64,000 nt of DNA. It comes from a virus (Duplodnaviria; Caudoviricetes). Shown here piece by piece: positions 10,753 through 21,366 of the stretch (its first letter is position 1; the number at the start of each line of letters is the position of its first letter). Where the stretch lies: the IMG/VR virus record IMGVR_UViG_3300010346_000241, positions 64,001 to 128,000 of that record; one strand, written 5' to 3'. A program made the position numbers and the translations under genes. The notes under the pieces were generated by a model. It ran no database searches and was not told the origin of the DNA. It saw nothing but the letters and a program-made list of their open reading frames with translations.

Positions 10753-13700
10753 TTACGAAACTATCTCGATACTGATGAATGAAGTACCAGTACTGTCGTC
10801 AGTATTGACATTGAGGAACTCTGGGACTATATTGAGCAGCTCCATATTCTCATCCGTAATGATATGCTGCATTGTAGCATTGTACTTGTTGAAACCAACG
10901 TACTCAAAGAATACGATATACTGAGAGAACTTAGACTCGATCTCTGTAGTGAGGTTCGGGAAGTGGATGTCATTAAGCTCTTCGATATTCTCGATGTATG
11001 TCTTGATAGTATCTTTGATCTGAGGAATGATAGTAGCAGCGTCGTTGTCTTCATTATAGAACTTAGTTCTAAATGTGAGTGAGAGAGCAACATTGTCGAT
11101 AGCTTCTTCAGATTTTATACCGCCCTCGGTAGTGTAGTACATATTACTTGGACCATAAGTATTGAAGAACTTGTAGTCAAGACCGAATGTAGTCTCTAAG
11201 GGCTCTATGGCATCAAGCACATAAAGTATCTTTCTCTTCATCTCTCTGATGAAGTCTCTGATCTTGTACTCTTCGTTGAGATAGAAGTATCTGATGCAGG
11301 GAATTCTATTGATGATATAGCCATAGTTATGTCTCTTATTATCCGATTCATCGTATATGTCTTCTCCAAGGTCTGCCATATGTACATATGAGTTCATGAG
11401 ATTGGAGTAGTTATACATGAGATTGATTCCATCGCTGCTGTCGTACACATTAGTCAGAACCATATCCTGCATGAGATATGTCTCTACAGGATCGTCTTCT
11501 CCCTGATTCTCATAGAACTGGAAGTCAGGAGGTATGATATCCTTAAGAGGAGTTCCTACTATAGAAACTATGCTCTCATCAAGTCCAGTACCATAGAAGT
11601 AGCTCTGAGTGAGCTCATCCATCAGCTTACCAGGATTGCCGTCATGAGGAGTATAATTTGCATACTTGTAGAGTGTATAGATTCTCATATGAGTATTGAG
11701 ATCCATACGAATACCAAGATCGTCTATGACATCATCCGTATGAGGTCTATATCCGAAGTTAGTACATCTATAGAGTTCGAGAGTTGCTTGAGCGAGTTCT
11801 CTAGCAAGCTCTTCCTTTCTAGGAGTTCCAGCAGGTTCTGCATCGTATTCAGCCTGTTTTGCGTTTCTCTTAGCAGTAAGAGTATCTAAGTAAGGATTCT
11901 GTCTTCCTATATAGAGACGATCGTTCTGATCGATTATTATATGATCAGTCTCACTAGTTCTTTCCTTAAAGGGTTTAGTGTAGAGATAGAATCTGTATGT
12001 ATCTACAGATCCACTTGAAGATATACGTTCACCTACTGACCAACAGATAGGATTCTTCATATCATCATCTCTGTAGTATACTGCTACTACCTGAGTACGC
12101 TTCTGGATCTCTTCAGTTAGCTCACCGCCGATATTTGGAGTGATATCAACGTCGATAGTATATCTATAGCGATTATAAGAAATCCATGATGGTCTTATGA
12201 CTTTGGTATATGATGCGATATACTGGAAAGGTGAACGAGTATTGATATGAGTGTAGTCAAGATAACGAGTCTCATTGATCATATCAAGATAGAATGAAGC
12301 ATCTACTCTATGTGATCCAGCAACTGCGCTGTCTCTAAGAAGAATATTCAATGGTGATGTATATACGAAGTCTGTAAGAGGCTGAATGGCTATGATGTCA
12401 TTTGTATCCAGAGGTCTACCATGAGACTGTCCTGCAGAAGGAGGCGGGAAGTTGAATGTGTGCTGCATGAAACTGAGATTGGTTTCGTCTATATCATCCA
12501 TAGGCTTAAGATAAAGCATAGTGATACTGTTTATAGAACCAAATCCATTAGTATACGATCTCGATACTCCAACTACTTCTCCTATGTACCAGTAGTTATC
12601 GTCAGCAAGGGAATCATATACATCGTTTCCATTATAGACACAGAATCTGATATGGCTACCCTGTACAAGATCCTGAGTATACATTGGACTATAGCGAGCA
12701 TTATATTTGTATGTCTCATAAGCATATATGATAAAGCTAGCTGTTCTTACGACTGGAAAACTCCAAGTGTTTACATAAGGAATAATAAACATAACTTCCT
12801 CTAACTCACCGTTATCGTTCTTAGCACATACTACAAGCTTAAGTTGTGCGAACTGTGTAGAGTCCGTCCAGTCTGAAGGTTTGTAATTGTCCCTGGTATC
12901 GTCGCTACTGTCACCATAGTAGCCAAAGGATACTACAGTTCCTTCATAGCTATCCTGTAAGCGGAAATTGTTCTCTTGCGTGTATATGTCAGATGGAGTG
13001 AATCTGATCACTTGACCAGGTTCGAAAGGATATACATCAGGATAGTATATGCTAAGCTGATCTTTAACGAACTTGGTGAAGTTATTATCGAAGAGAGCTG
13101 CTCCTTGTCTGAACTCATTGATAGCCGTTGCTCTGATACCATCGCTATAGCCATCACCAGTTCTAGCCCATTCACTTGGAGTATTCTGCTCTCTAAGTCT
13201 TCCTACAACTTGAACATTGGTTATATCGATTGCGTCGTTAGAACCAGTATAGCCAATAAAGTTCTTTCTCATGTAGGAAATGCCCATATTCTTATTCTTG
13301 TAGAAGTATATAGGCTGACCTGCTTCCACATACATATCTCCAACTGTCTCGTCAGTATGCATCGGAGGAAGTGGCTCATATATAGGTATAGTGTTAGTAG
13401 GAATAACGTTATTCAGTTCGTCCTTCATCAGCTGATAGGTGTAGTATATACGTCTAAGAGTATTGTCTTCCTTTCTGAAGATGTGAAGAACTGAGTCTTC
13501 ACTGTTGATAGAATTAAAGTAGTTCTTAAGATCAGTAACAGTCGTTACACTACCTCTACTGAGAGCTTCCTTAGGAATGATCTTCTGAAGTTCTGGTACA
13601 CTCTTACGGTCTATACCACCATAAGAACCCTCATCTCCACGCTGCTTAACTGTCATGTAGAGATTAGTATAATTATCTGAAGAGAGACGAACAGTAATGT

Positions 13701-14742
13701 CGTCTTCGTAGTTGAAGTTTCCTCCAGCACCCTGAGAGGTCCATACAGTGATAACTACATTAGCATTCGTTCTAGGCTGATAAGACTCGGGGTCGAATCT
13801 TATACGGATAGTGTTAGAGTTGATGTACTGATAGTAACAGTACTTCTCTTCCTGAACTGCCGTAGTTCCAGTAATTCCTGTATGACTCTGTACAATGAGA
13901 TCATTCAGAAGAGCTCTGGATTCATCATAGTTTCTTGTAGTGTATGGATTATGATAGAGACCGTCATAGTATGGAACAAGATTGATAGGAGTATCGTTAT
14001 TGTTCTCAAATACTGTGACTGTGAAGTGACTAAGCTGATTCTCGAATGTGAAGTTAAGTGTCTTGTTCGCAAGGTTATCATTACCGACTATCTTGTTCTC
14101 TATAGTATGATACTCAACCTGATGGATAGTGGTTGTTACCACTATCATATTGTCTGTCTCATCTGCGTAGACTCCTATCGGAGGGAGATATGCATTGTTT
14201 ATAGGAGACTCAGTGTTCATGATGCTCATATCATAGACAGCAGTATAGACATAGTCCATAGTTCTGCTACCCATAGTAGATGAGTCAAGCTTAGTCTTGT
14301 TGATTACAATATCATAGTCTGTATGGAACTCGATATCGTCAAAGTATATCGGAGTAGAAGCCTTCAGAATAAACTTGTCGTTGACCATGTTATTGAGAAG
14401 AGCTTTCTCTGGGAAGATGAGCAATACTTTCATAGAAGCCGCTGTAGCTTGTACCTTCTTGATACCAAGAGATAAAGCGTGAGTGATAACGTTTCTATCA
14501 AACTTAGCTCTTGTAGGGATAGCTTCGTTTGCTAACTCAGATGCTACGACTATAGCGTTCTGAAGCAGAGACGCAAACTCGTATCCAAGATATCCATACA
14601 TACCAACCTGTAGTGTTTCGGTTGGGTTATCGACACCGTCAATGGTAGTTTTCTTAATGTCATCCACGAATGCTGTAAGGTCATAGATGTCCGAATTAAG
14701 AATCTTGTCAGCAGTATTCTGTACTGGTATTTTAACTGACAT
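10753..14742 (-). CDS. Baseplate wedge protein (T4 gp6 / baseplate J-like) with large insertions, 1329 aa
   Basis: N-terminal EAIPTRAKFDRNVITHALSLG..ATAASM and central GGIDRKSVPELQ..VTTVTDLKNYF match gp6/J motifs; C-terminal IKDTIKTYIE..HFPNL region. Confidence 0.75.
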   Translation of the reverse strand: MSVKIPVQNTADKILNSDIYDLTAFVDDIKKTTIDGVDNPTETLQVGMYGYLGYEFASLLQNAIVVASELANEAIPTRAKFDRNVITHALSLGIKKVQATAASMKVLLIFPEKALLNNMVNDKFILKASTPIYFDDIEFHTDYDIVINKTKLDSSTMGSRTMDYVYTAVYDMSIMNTESPINNAYLPPIGVYADETDNMIVVTTTIHQVEYHTIENKIVGNDNLANKTLNFTFENQLSHFTVTVFENNNDTPINLVPYYDGLYHNPYTTRNYDESRALLNDLIVQSHTGITGTTAVQEEKYCYYQYINSNTIRIRFDPESYQPRTNANVVITVWTSQGAGGNFNYEDDITVRLSSDNYTNLYMTVKQRGDEGSYGGIDRKSVPELQKIIPKEALSRGSVTTVTDLKNYFNSINSEDSVLHIFRKEDNTLRRIYYTYQLMKDELNNVIPTNTIPIYEPLPPMHTDETVGDMYVEAGQPIYFYKNKNMGISYMRKNFIGYTGSNDAIDITNVQVVGRLREQNTPSEWARTGDGYSDGIRATAINEFRQGAALFDNNFTKFVKDQLSIYYPDVYPFEPGQVIRFTPSDIYTQENNFRLQDSYEGTVVSFGYYGDSSDDTRDNYKPSDWTDSTQFAQLKLVVCAKNDNGELEEVMFIIPYVNTWSFPVVRTASFIIYAYETYKYNARYSPMYTQDLVQGSHIRFCVYNGNDVYDSLADDNYWYIGEVVGVSRSYTNGFGSINSITMLYLKPMDDIDETNLSFMQHTFNFPPPSAGQSHGRPLDTNDIIAIQPLTDFVYTSPLNILLRDSAVAGSHRVDASFYLDMINETRYLDYTHINTRSPFQYIASYTKVIRPSWISYNRYRYTIDVDITPNIGGELTEEIQKRTQVVAVYYRDDDMKNPICWSVGERISSSGSVDTYRFYLYTKPFKERTSETDHIIIDQNDRLYIGRQNPYLDTLTAKRNAKQAEYDAEPAGTPRKEELARELAQATLELYRCTNFGYRPHTDDVIDDLGIRMDLNTHMRIYTLYKYANYTPHDGNPGKLMDELTQSYFYGTGLDESIVSIVGTPLKDIIPPDFQFYENQGEDDPVETYLMQDMVLTNVYDSSDGINLMYNYSNLMNSYVHMADLGEDIYDESDNKRHNYGYIINRIPCIRYFYLNEEYKIRDFIREMKRKILYVLDAIEPLETTFGLDYKFFNTYGPSNMYYTTEGGIKSEEAIDNVALSLTFRTKFYNEDNDAATIIPQIKDTIKTYIENIEELNDIHFPNLTTEIESKFSQYIVFFEYVGFNKYNATMQHIITDENMELLNIVPEFLNVNTDDSTGTSFISIEIVS

Positions 14743-14762
14743 AAGTGTCCTCCTTTCCAGTA

Positions 14763-16007
14763 TTAACTGTTATAGTTATAGATCCATGTAAGTCTATAGA
14801 ACTGTTCCTCATCAGGTGCTCCCTTTCTAGCAGCACCTTTATCCTTAACAATGTATGGGAATCCTCCCCATCTTGTGTCTGCAGATCCAGTATAGCGATT
14901 ATACAATGGCATGATTCCATCAGTGATACCTGTGCCACCGCTATTACCATCATAATACGACATCCGTGTTATACGATTCAGTTCATCAAGTATGATAGGA
15001 TCCATATCACAAACGAACTGTGCTTTCATAGGAACAGTAATCTTTATAGTACCATCAAAGTTACTCATAGCTTCTCTTGGTACGCCCATAGGATATACTC
15101 CAGTAGCTTTACCATAGAAGATGATAGTGTTAGTTTCATCTACGATAAGCTTATAGATAGAAAACTGTTTACAGTTTACTCTATCAGTAATATATGAAAG
15201 TTTAGGCGGTGTAATGTTTCTATAAAACTCTTGTCTACAGTATTCATCATATGCCTTAAACAACATGTACACATCAAGATATCTGGTATCCCAGAATTCA
15301 AGAGAGAAATCGAAACCAAAGTCTGACTGCTCTGAGCTATCTCTATAGGTTGTCTTCACTTGGAAGAGTGAAGTATTGTTCTCTGTCTCTGTAGCTGCTA
15401 TTGCAGGGAGATCGAGAGAACTAGTTACATGGTTAGAAAGAAGAGGTATAAACTTAGATGCTGGGTCGAAATGGTGAGGGTAGAGACCACTACCTCTCTT
15501 CAAAGTCTGCTGTAATGCTAATAGACTCATAGGATACTGTTCTATAGCATTCTTAAAGAATGTGACGTCCTTAAGCTGCTTGTTGATCTCAAAGCCATTA
15601 GTACTAAAGATATGAAGATCTGGCTTTGTGAAGAACAGATACTCTCTAGAACCAGAATGGTTATGAGCTATATCCAGAACTCCATACCTAGCAAAGCTAT
15701 TGAATCTCAGATTGTTCAACTGCTCTGGAGACTTGATGTTTGCACTATTGATGATTGCTTGCATAGTAGCTTCATCAATATCAAATGCCTTGGCATCAAA
15801 TGGGACAGATCTTTCTTTAAGAGTTTCTCTCCACATTCTATCCTTATGAGACATAAGACTATTTGCAGCAGTTGCTATAGTATCTACTGTACTAGCAGCT
15901 ACCTTATCTGAATTGTTTCCAGTGTTGTTCATTCTCTGGGAGTTAGTATAGTCTGGATCAGAGTTAGGACCAGGCACATTACTATTATCGAACATACTAT
16001 CTGCCAT
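14763..16007 (-). CDS. Virion structural protein, tail-tube-like fold (414 aa)
   Basis: YLFFTKPDLHI and FSLEFWD..IIFYGKATGVYP motifs typical of jumbo-phage tube/baseplate proteins; late promoter and AGGAGG RBS. Confidence 0.55.
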   Translation of the reverse strand: MADSMFDNSNVPGPNSDPDYTNSQRMNNTGNNSDKVAASTVDTIATAANSLMSHKDRMWRETLKERSVPFDAKAFDIDEATMQAIINSANIKSPEQLNNLRFNSFARYGVLDIAHNHSGSREYLFFTKPDLHIFSTNGFEINKQLKDVTFFKNAIEQYPMSLLALQQTLKRGSGLYPHHFDPASKFIPLLSNHVTSSLDLPAIAATETENNTSLFQVKTTYRDSSEQSDFGFDFSLEFWDTRYLDVYMLFKAYDEYCRQEFYRNITPPKLSYITDRVNCKQFSIYKLIVDETNTIIFYGKATGVYPMGVPREAMSNFDGTIKITVPMKAQFVCDMDPIILDELNRITRMSYYDGNSGGTGITDGIMPLYNRYTGSADTRWGGFPYIVKDKGAARKGAPDEEQFYRLTWIYNYNS

Positions 16008-16034
16008 GCGTAATCCTCCTTTCTTGGGATCAAT

Positions 16035-16046
16035 TATAGAGATGTT
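16035..16046 (-). promoter_or_regulatory. Late promoter AACA-N6-TA
   Basis: AACA-tctcta-TA on the minus strand. Confidence 0.75.
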
Positions 16047-16072
16047 CCACCCTCCAATTTTGTTCTCAGTTG

Positions 16073-16080
16073 TATAGTAT
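16073..16080 (+). promoter_or_regulatory. Candidate early promoter motif (TATAGTAT)
   Basis: YATANTAT motif that recurs upstream of small non-structural genes; similar to the phiKZ early consensus TATATTAC. Confidence 0.4.
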
Positions 16081-16167
16081 AGGTGTGTCTATGTACAAAT
16101 AATATGATGAATCTCCACGTTCAAACATAGGTCAATCGCATTCAACTAACGAACGGAGGTTTTCATC

Positions 16168-16500
16168 ATGAACGGAAAAGACGAACAGTTATTAGCCGAC
16201 TACTATCAAGAAGTTGAGCAAAGACAAAACGATGCTATGTTTGCTTCTATGGCACATCATCTTGGAGAGGCTTTAAGAGGAGCAGGCAATGGCAACTATA
16301 ACCCAATAGTAGAGAGAGCTCTACTGGACTTACAATGTGATATTAGAGTAATAAAAGAAGAGCTGTGTAAACTTACTGGTCGAGTTGACAGGATAGAGCA
16401 GAAGCAACTCTTCAATGTCATCGAGAGAAAGCCTACTAACGAAACCAACTATAGCACAATAAGAACAGAGTCTAGTGGTGGAGTATTGGTAGAACTTTGA
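16168..16500 (+). CDS. Hypothetical coiled-coil protein (110 aa)
   Basis: GGAGG RBS; has its own terminator. Confidence 0.75.
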   Translation: MNGKDEQLLADYYQEVEQRQNDAMFASMAHHLGEALRGAGNGNYNPIVERALLDLQCDIRVIKEELCKLTGRVDRIEQKQLFNVIERKPTNETNYSTIRTESSGGVLVEL

Positions 16501-16513
16501 TTCTTTCGATGAT

Positions 16514-16550
16514 AAGAAACAGATGAAGGCGTCTCATCTGTTTCTTTTTT
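16514..16550 (+). terminator. Intrinsic terminator
   Basis: AAGAAACAGATGA/TCATCTGTTTCTT stem plus T-run. Confidence 0.8.
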
Positions 16551-16573
16551 GGTCTGATACGCTAAACCAATGA

Positions 16574-16585
16574 AACATCACTATA
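16574..16585 (+). promoter_or_regulatory. Late promoter AACA-N6-TA
   Basis: AACA-tcacta-TA. Confidence 0.75.
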
Positions 16586-16612
16586 AAAATACTAGGCAAG
16601 GAGGTAATATAC

Positions 16613-17902
16613 TTGAACGGTAGAGAATACTTTCACGAATCTGTAGTGAGAGATATCGTAGACATCGTGACAAGCATGAAGGACTATGATGAAGTTCAGT
16701 TCTATCTGAGCAATATCAATCGTCGTTCATTCAAGTCCGTTGCATCTGCTACAAAAGATCTCATATTAACATTCCCTATGCTGGCTTCAGCTGACCTCGA
16801 CCCTGATTCAGTAGCTATGGCTGCTAAAGCTCATGAGAAGAAGTGTGCTGCTATGCTGCACGTTCTTTTCACTGCTATCTGTGTTGGAGAGAATGAAGAT
16901 GTGTATGACTATGTAAGAAAGTTCCACAGCAATCTCGGAACTCTTGATGCTACACTCGATGACTATTCGGATGCTCTCGACAGACTCGTGCTCAAGTTCG
17001 ACGAGAACGCAAACACACTTAAGATAGACAAGAATCTTATCAACGCTGTGCTTGAGGATCTCAAAGAATCAAACTATACACTTCCCGACGATATCAATGA
17101 GTCGGCAATCTCAGACTACAAGATCGTTCCTGGCTATAGAACTGGAATGAAAGAAATGGTAGTTATGGAGGGTCCTAACCAGGATGCAGAGGCTAGAGCT
17201 AAGAGAGTTCTTGACTATACTGATATAGAGAATAAGCGTATGCTTAACTCTGAGTATAAGAAGGCTAATGAGCTCATGCCGACCATGATGGTAGTTAATT
17301 TCATCGGTAAGACTGAGGATGGTAAAACCTATACTCAGACTTGCACCATAGGAGTAAAGGTTAAGGTATATCCTGTTTCTACAGGTGATATCATCAACCG
17401 TGTTACTTCAAAGGTACAGGACCGAAATGTACTCAACAGCTTCATCAGAGCTACAACTAACGAGATAGCTTTCTTCCGTGACTTCATGTTCGCAGTCGAT
17501 AAGGCTAAGCTCGATGCTCTTTCTTACGGCAAGGACGCTACATCCAGCAAACTCTGGAAGGTTCTTGAGAGAAGAGCTGCAAAGTCTAAGTTCAGACGCA
17601 ATCTTAAGCAGTACAATGACGCTACTGCTATCACTGCTCTCTGTATCTCAGACAACGTTGCTAAGACAATGAAAGAAACATCTGGTATCGATATTCTGAA
17701 TGTATCGACTGCTAGAAAGATTCTTGATGCTTACAACTTCATTGCTATTATCGTACTCAATGAAGCAGTAGAAACTGCTTCGTTCCTCTACGACAGTGGC
17801 GACGACAACTATGAGAGACTTACATTCTCCAATATGGAGAGAGAAGCCTCTGACAATACGTATAAGAAGATGGTAAATCTTCTTACCAAAGTTTCTCGAT
17901 AA
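16613..17902 (+). CDS. Putative virion structural protein (429 aa)
   Basis: TTG start with AAGGAGG RBS; late promoter; xxE sites (FHES, INES, VMEG). Confidence 0.6.
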   Translation: MNGREYFHESVVRDIVDIVTSMKDYDEVQFYLSNINRRSFKSVASATKDLILTFPMLASADLDPDSVAMAAKAHEKKCAAMLHVLFTAICVGENEDVYDYVRKFHSNLGTLDATLDDYSDALDRLVLKFDENANTLKIDKNLINAVLEDLKESNYTLPDDINESAISDYKIVPGYRTGMKEMVVMEGPNQDAEARAKRVLDYTDIENKRMLNSEYKKANELMPTMMVVNFIGKTEDGKTYTQTCTIGVKVKVYPVSTGDIINRVTSKVQDRNVLNSFIRATTNEIAFFRDFMFAVDKAKLDALSYGKDATSSKLWKVLERRAAKSKFRRNLKQYNDATAITALCISDNVAKTMKETSGIDILNVSTARKILDAYNFIAIIVLNEAVETASFLYDSGDDNYERLTFSNMEREASDNTYKKMVNLLTKVSR

Positions 17903-17917
17903 GGAGGTGTAATCCAT

Positions 17918-19981
17918 ATGGCTATTTTTTCTAATGAGCAGCTTGCCAAGATACTCAATGAGTCTAAGGAAAAGTCAGTTGCTCAGACAGTATCAGATAA
18001 CATCGACGAGCTCGGTGCTAAGATCGGTGAGGGTAAGGAGAAACTCAAGAACAACGTTAAGGAGAACCTTAAGAAGTCCAGGAGAACTCTCCATATAACC
18101 AAAGAGGGTTACACCATCACTAACGAAGAGACAGGTAAGTCTACTCAGGGATCTCTTCTTGAGGCTGAGATGATTACTAAAGACGGTTATACATTCCAGA
18201 GACTCTCTAAGAAGAAGACATCTGATAAGGACTTCATGAAAGCAAACTCTGATGTAATCATCGATGTCGACGGAGATAAGTATATCCTTATCAGTGGTCC
18301 CAACACTGGAGGTAAAGCTCTTGCTGGAGCTATCGGTGGTGGCGTTATAGGCGGTGCTTTAGGTACTGCTATTGGCGGAACTATCGGTGGTGTAACTGGA
18401 GAGAAGATCGGCGGTGTTACTGGTGCAGTTCTTCTTGGCGGCAAATGGGCTGACAAGGGTGCTAAGAAAGGCCAGAAGAAGGACAGAAAAGAATATACTT
18501 CAGAAGAGTTCCATGCTCTTGATACAGAGGGCTACATAATTCTCACTGAAGCTGACAAGCCTGTTCTTCTGAAGAACGGTATGCTCAAAGTCGGCAAAGC
18601 AATTCTTCGTCCTATAAAGAAGGGTGAAGAGAAGACTATGGAGTTCGGCCAGGGTGTCGTATTCCACGGTAAGAGATATGTATACCAGTCTGCTGAAGAT
18701 GCAAGAGACGCTATCCGTCATCCTGCAGGAGCAGTAATGGGTGCACTTGGTACTGCTGGAGGATCAGTTGGTGGAGCCATGATTGGCGGATCAGTTGGTG
18801 CTTCTGTAGGTGGTGCTATCGGTGGTGCTGCTGGTAAGATTGTCGGCGATGCTATAGATACTACTCGTACTGGTTCTAAGATAAAGAAGGGCTACAACAA
18901 AGCTCTTGATACTGAGTATCAGAAGATCAGCAAGAAAGTTAAGAAGGAAGACTTCGACTTTCGCTCAGTGTACAGAACACCTGAGTACAACAAAGCGATC
19001 ACAGTGTACTTCGATCTCGATGACCGCGAAACACGTAAGATTCTTCTCGCAGTTAATGAAGATGACCAAACTAAGGTACTTGTCTCTTTAACTTCAAAAC
19101 TATACGATAATGTAGTTGAAAGAGTTGATGATGTAGATTTTGGAGAGATACCATCTACTAAGGGTGATATCACTAAGCTCTCTAACTATCTCCGTCTTAT
19201 GGACTCTCTTGACACTATGAAGAATCTTCTTCTCGAGTATAAGCAGGACACTAAGCCTGTTGATACTATAAGAACGGCTATCTCTAACATCATCGATTCC
19301 ACATCGATCTGGAAGAGAGCATATGCCCTCAGTGTAGAACTTCCAATCGTGTTCTACAACTCAATCGTCCTGAGCATTATAGAGAGTACATCATATCTCA
19401 TCTCCATGTGTGTACAGTATATAAAGCTCCCAGGAACAGATACATTCCAAGCTACTATCGATAAGTCTGCTCTTGTCAAGACTAAGGATCATATGATCTT
19501 TGAGACTCTTGAGAAGTTCAACCAGGCTTACGATAAAGGACAGGTTACAAACGCTATGGAGTATGTAATCAAGTCCAACTCTAAGAACTTCATGGGTGAG
19601 CTTACAGTAGCAGGATCGGCTGTCGGCGTGATCGCTATCCTCTTTGCTATTGTACCTATACTCAGAGAAGTGATATTCCTGTTCTACTACAATAGAGTAA
19701 GGATATCAGAATACTTCGATATGCAAGCTGACATGCTTCAGATAAATGCATATAACGTAGAGCACTCTCGTTCTGATCTTAACAATGAGCAGAAGAAGAG
19801 CATCTCTACAAAGCAGATGAAGATTGCTGAACGCTTCCGTAGGATTTCATCTCACATCTCTATAGAAGTTAAGCAGTCTGAAGTCAAAGCAACCAAAGAA
19901 CTTACCAAGGAAAACAAGAAGTACCAAACCAAAGAAGTTCTTGATGAACTTCCTGACTCCGCCTCATCTGCCCTGTTCTAA
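17918..19981 (+). CDS. Virion protein with two glycine-zipper modules and a C-terminal TM/coiled-coil domain (687 aa)
   Basis: GGxxGGxxG repeats at ~18310-18440 and ~18730-18850; hydrophobic AGSAVGVIAILFAIVPIL segment near the C-terminus; co-transcribed with 16613. Confidence 0.65.
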   Translation: MAIFSNEQLAKILNESKEKSVAQTVSDNIDELGAKIGEGKEKLKNNVKENLKKSRRTLHITKEGYTITNEETGKSTQGSLLEAEMITKDGYTFQRLSKKKTSDKDFMKANSDVIIDVDGDKYILISGPNTGGKALAGAIGGGVIGGALGTAIGGTIGGVTGEKIGGVTGAVLLGGKWADKGAKKGQKKDRKEYTSEEFHALDTEGYIILTEADKPVLLKNGMLKVGKAILRPIKKGEEKTMEFGQGVVFHGKRYVYQSAEDARDAIRHPAGAVMGALGTAGGSVGGAMIGGSVGASVGGAIGGAAGKIVGDAIDTTRTGSKIKKGYNKALDTEYQKISKKVKKEDFDFRSVYRTPEYNKAITVYFDLDDRETRKILLAVNEDDQTKVLVSLTSKLYDNVVERVDDVDFGEIPSTKGDITKLSNYLRLMDSLDTMKNLLLEYKQDTKPVDTIRTAISNIIDSTSIWKRAYALSVELPIVFYNSIVLSIIESTSYLISMCVQYIKLPGTDTFQATIDKSALVKTKDHMIFETLEKFNQAYDKGQVTNAMEYVIKSNSKNFMGELTVAGSAVGVIAILFAIVPILREVIFLFYYNRVRISEYFDMQADMLQINAYNVEHSRSDLNNEQKKSISTKQMKIAERFRRISSHISIEVKQSEVKATKELTKENKKYQTKEVLDELPDSASSALF

Positions 19982-19996
19982 GCGACTGGGCAGACC

Positions 19997-20008
19997 AACA
20001 TATTAGTA
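19997..20008 (+). promoter_or_regulatory. Late promoter AACA-N6-TA
   Basis: AACA-tattag-TA, followed by a 5'-leader hairpin. Confidence 0.75.
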
Positions 20009-20093
20009 AATCTTACGGTCTTATCATTAAGACCATAGGGAACTACTAATATACCATTAGGTAAAGAATACTACACAAAGGAGGAAACCATTT

Positions 20094-21347
20094 ATGGGTA
20101 TCTATTCAAATACTAGATACGATAATTTAGGCGACTACAACGTAGATGTAGCTGCTAACGAGTCATACAACTGTGTAACTGGTTGTGCAATGGCTCTTAT
20201 CGAAGGTTATCAGAATGACTTCGCACTCTTTGAGTCAGCTATCCACAGCGACATGGCTGAGATCGCTGCTGTAAACGAGGGTGTTGAGGTTATCAACGAA
20301 GGTGCCAAGGAAGTATGGAACAAGCTCAAGGAGATCTTCACCAAGCTTCTCGCTAAGATCAAGGGTATCTTCAAAGCATTCATCGCAAGAATCGGCGGCG
20401 TGTTCGCTGATAGCGCTAATCTCTACAAGAAGTACAGTCCTGTTATCTCAAAGAACAGCAACTGGAAGAGCTTCAAAGCAAAGGTAAGACCTTTCAAGGG
20501 CGATGGTTCGAACATCGTCGAGAAGATCAGCTCACTTGGTGAATATAAGTTCAAGTCAAACTATGCTATGAGCGGAATAGCTAATGTTCCTGGAATCGGC
20601 GGTTATGATAAACTCACTGATAAGGACAACGACATTGATCAGGATGATCTTTGCTCGGCAGTTTGCAATGCTTCACTCAACTCTGAGCTTGCTAACAATA
20701 TCTCAAAGCTTGATGACATAAACAAGGAGTTCACAGATCTTCTCTTCGATGATGAAGAGACTAAGGATGAGTGGACTACTGGCGATATTCTTCATTCTTA
20801 CATCGGCGGTCTTCTCAAAGACGCAACCAAGAATGAGACTACTATCAAGAAGTACAACGCAAATATGGAGACAACTATCGAGAGAATCATTAAGCAGATC
20901 AACAAGGAAGCTGAGAATGTTACTAAGGCTCTCTCAAACGTTAATCTCCAGAACGGCAAGACACCTAACAGCTATGCTCAGGGTTCTGTAGGAGTGTCAG
21001 ATGCCGATTCTACTGGTAAGACAAGAGGATCCGCTGCTAAGAAAAATGACACTATTGGTAAAAACGGTAATACCGTTGACTGGAATAAGAAAGAAAGCCT
21101 CGAGAAACTCGAGCGTCTTGCTGGTTTCTGGCAGCGTTATGCTAACATGGAGCAGGCTGTAATCAACAAGCTTACTGCAGCTCGTCTCGGTGCTTACAAG
21201 TTCGCTATCACACAGGCTCGTCGTGTGTTCTCTTCTGCAGCTGCTTATGCTTCTGTAGATCACAAGAACGAGTCTTATGACTACTACACAGCAATCGGAG
21301 AGGCTGTAGAGTACGATACTCTGTCAGATCTCCAGGCTGTATGCTAA
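20094..21347 (+). CDS. Inner head protein paralog 1 (phiKZ internal-protein-like)
   Basis: Acidic propeptide ending VINE, followed by amphipathic helix GAKEVWNKLKEIFTKLLAKIKGIF. Confidence 0.65.
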   Translation: MGIYSNTRYDNLGDYNVDVAANESYNCVTGCAMALIEGYQNDFALFESAIHSDMAEIAAVNEGVEVINEGAKEVWNKLKEIFTKLLAKIKGIFKAFIARIGGVFADSANLYKKYSPVISKNSNWKSFKAKVRPFKGDGSNIVEKISSLGEYKFKSNYAMSGIANVPGIGGYDKLTDKDNDIDQDDLCSAVCNASLNSELANNISKLDDINKEFTDLLFDDEETKDEWTTGDILHSYIGGLLKDATKNETTIKKYNANMETTIERIIKQINKEAENVTKALSNVNLQNGKTPNSYAQGSVGVSDADSTGKTRGSAAKKNDTIGKNGNTVDWNKKESLEKLERLAGFWQRYANMEQAVINKLTAARLGAYKFAITQARRVFSSAAAYASVDHKNESYDYYTAIGEAVEYDTLSDLQAVC

Positions 21348-21366
21348 GGAAAGGAGGACACACATT

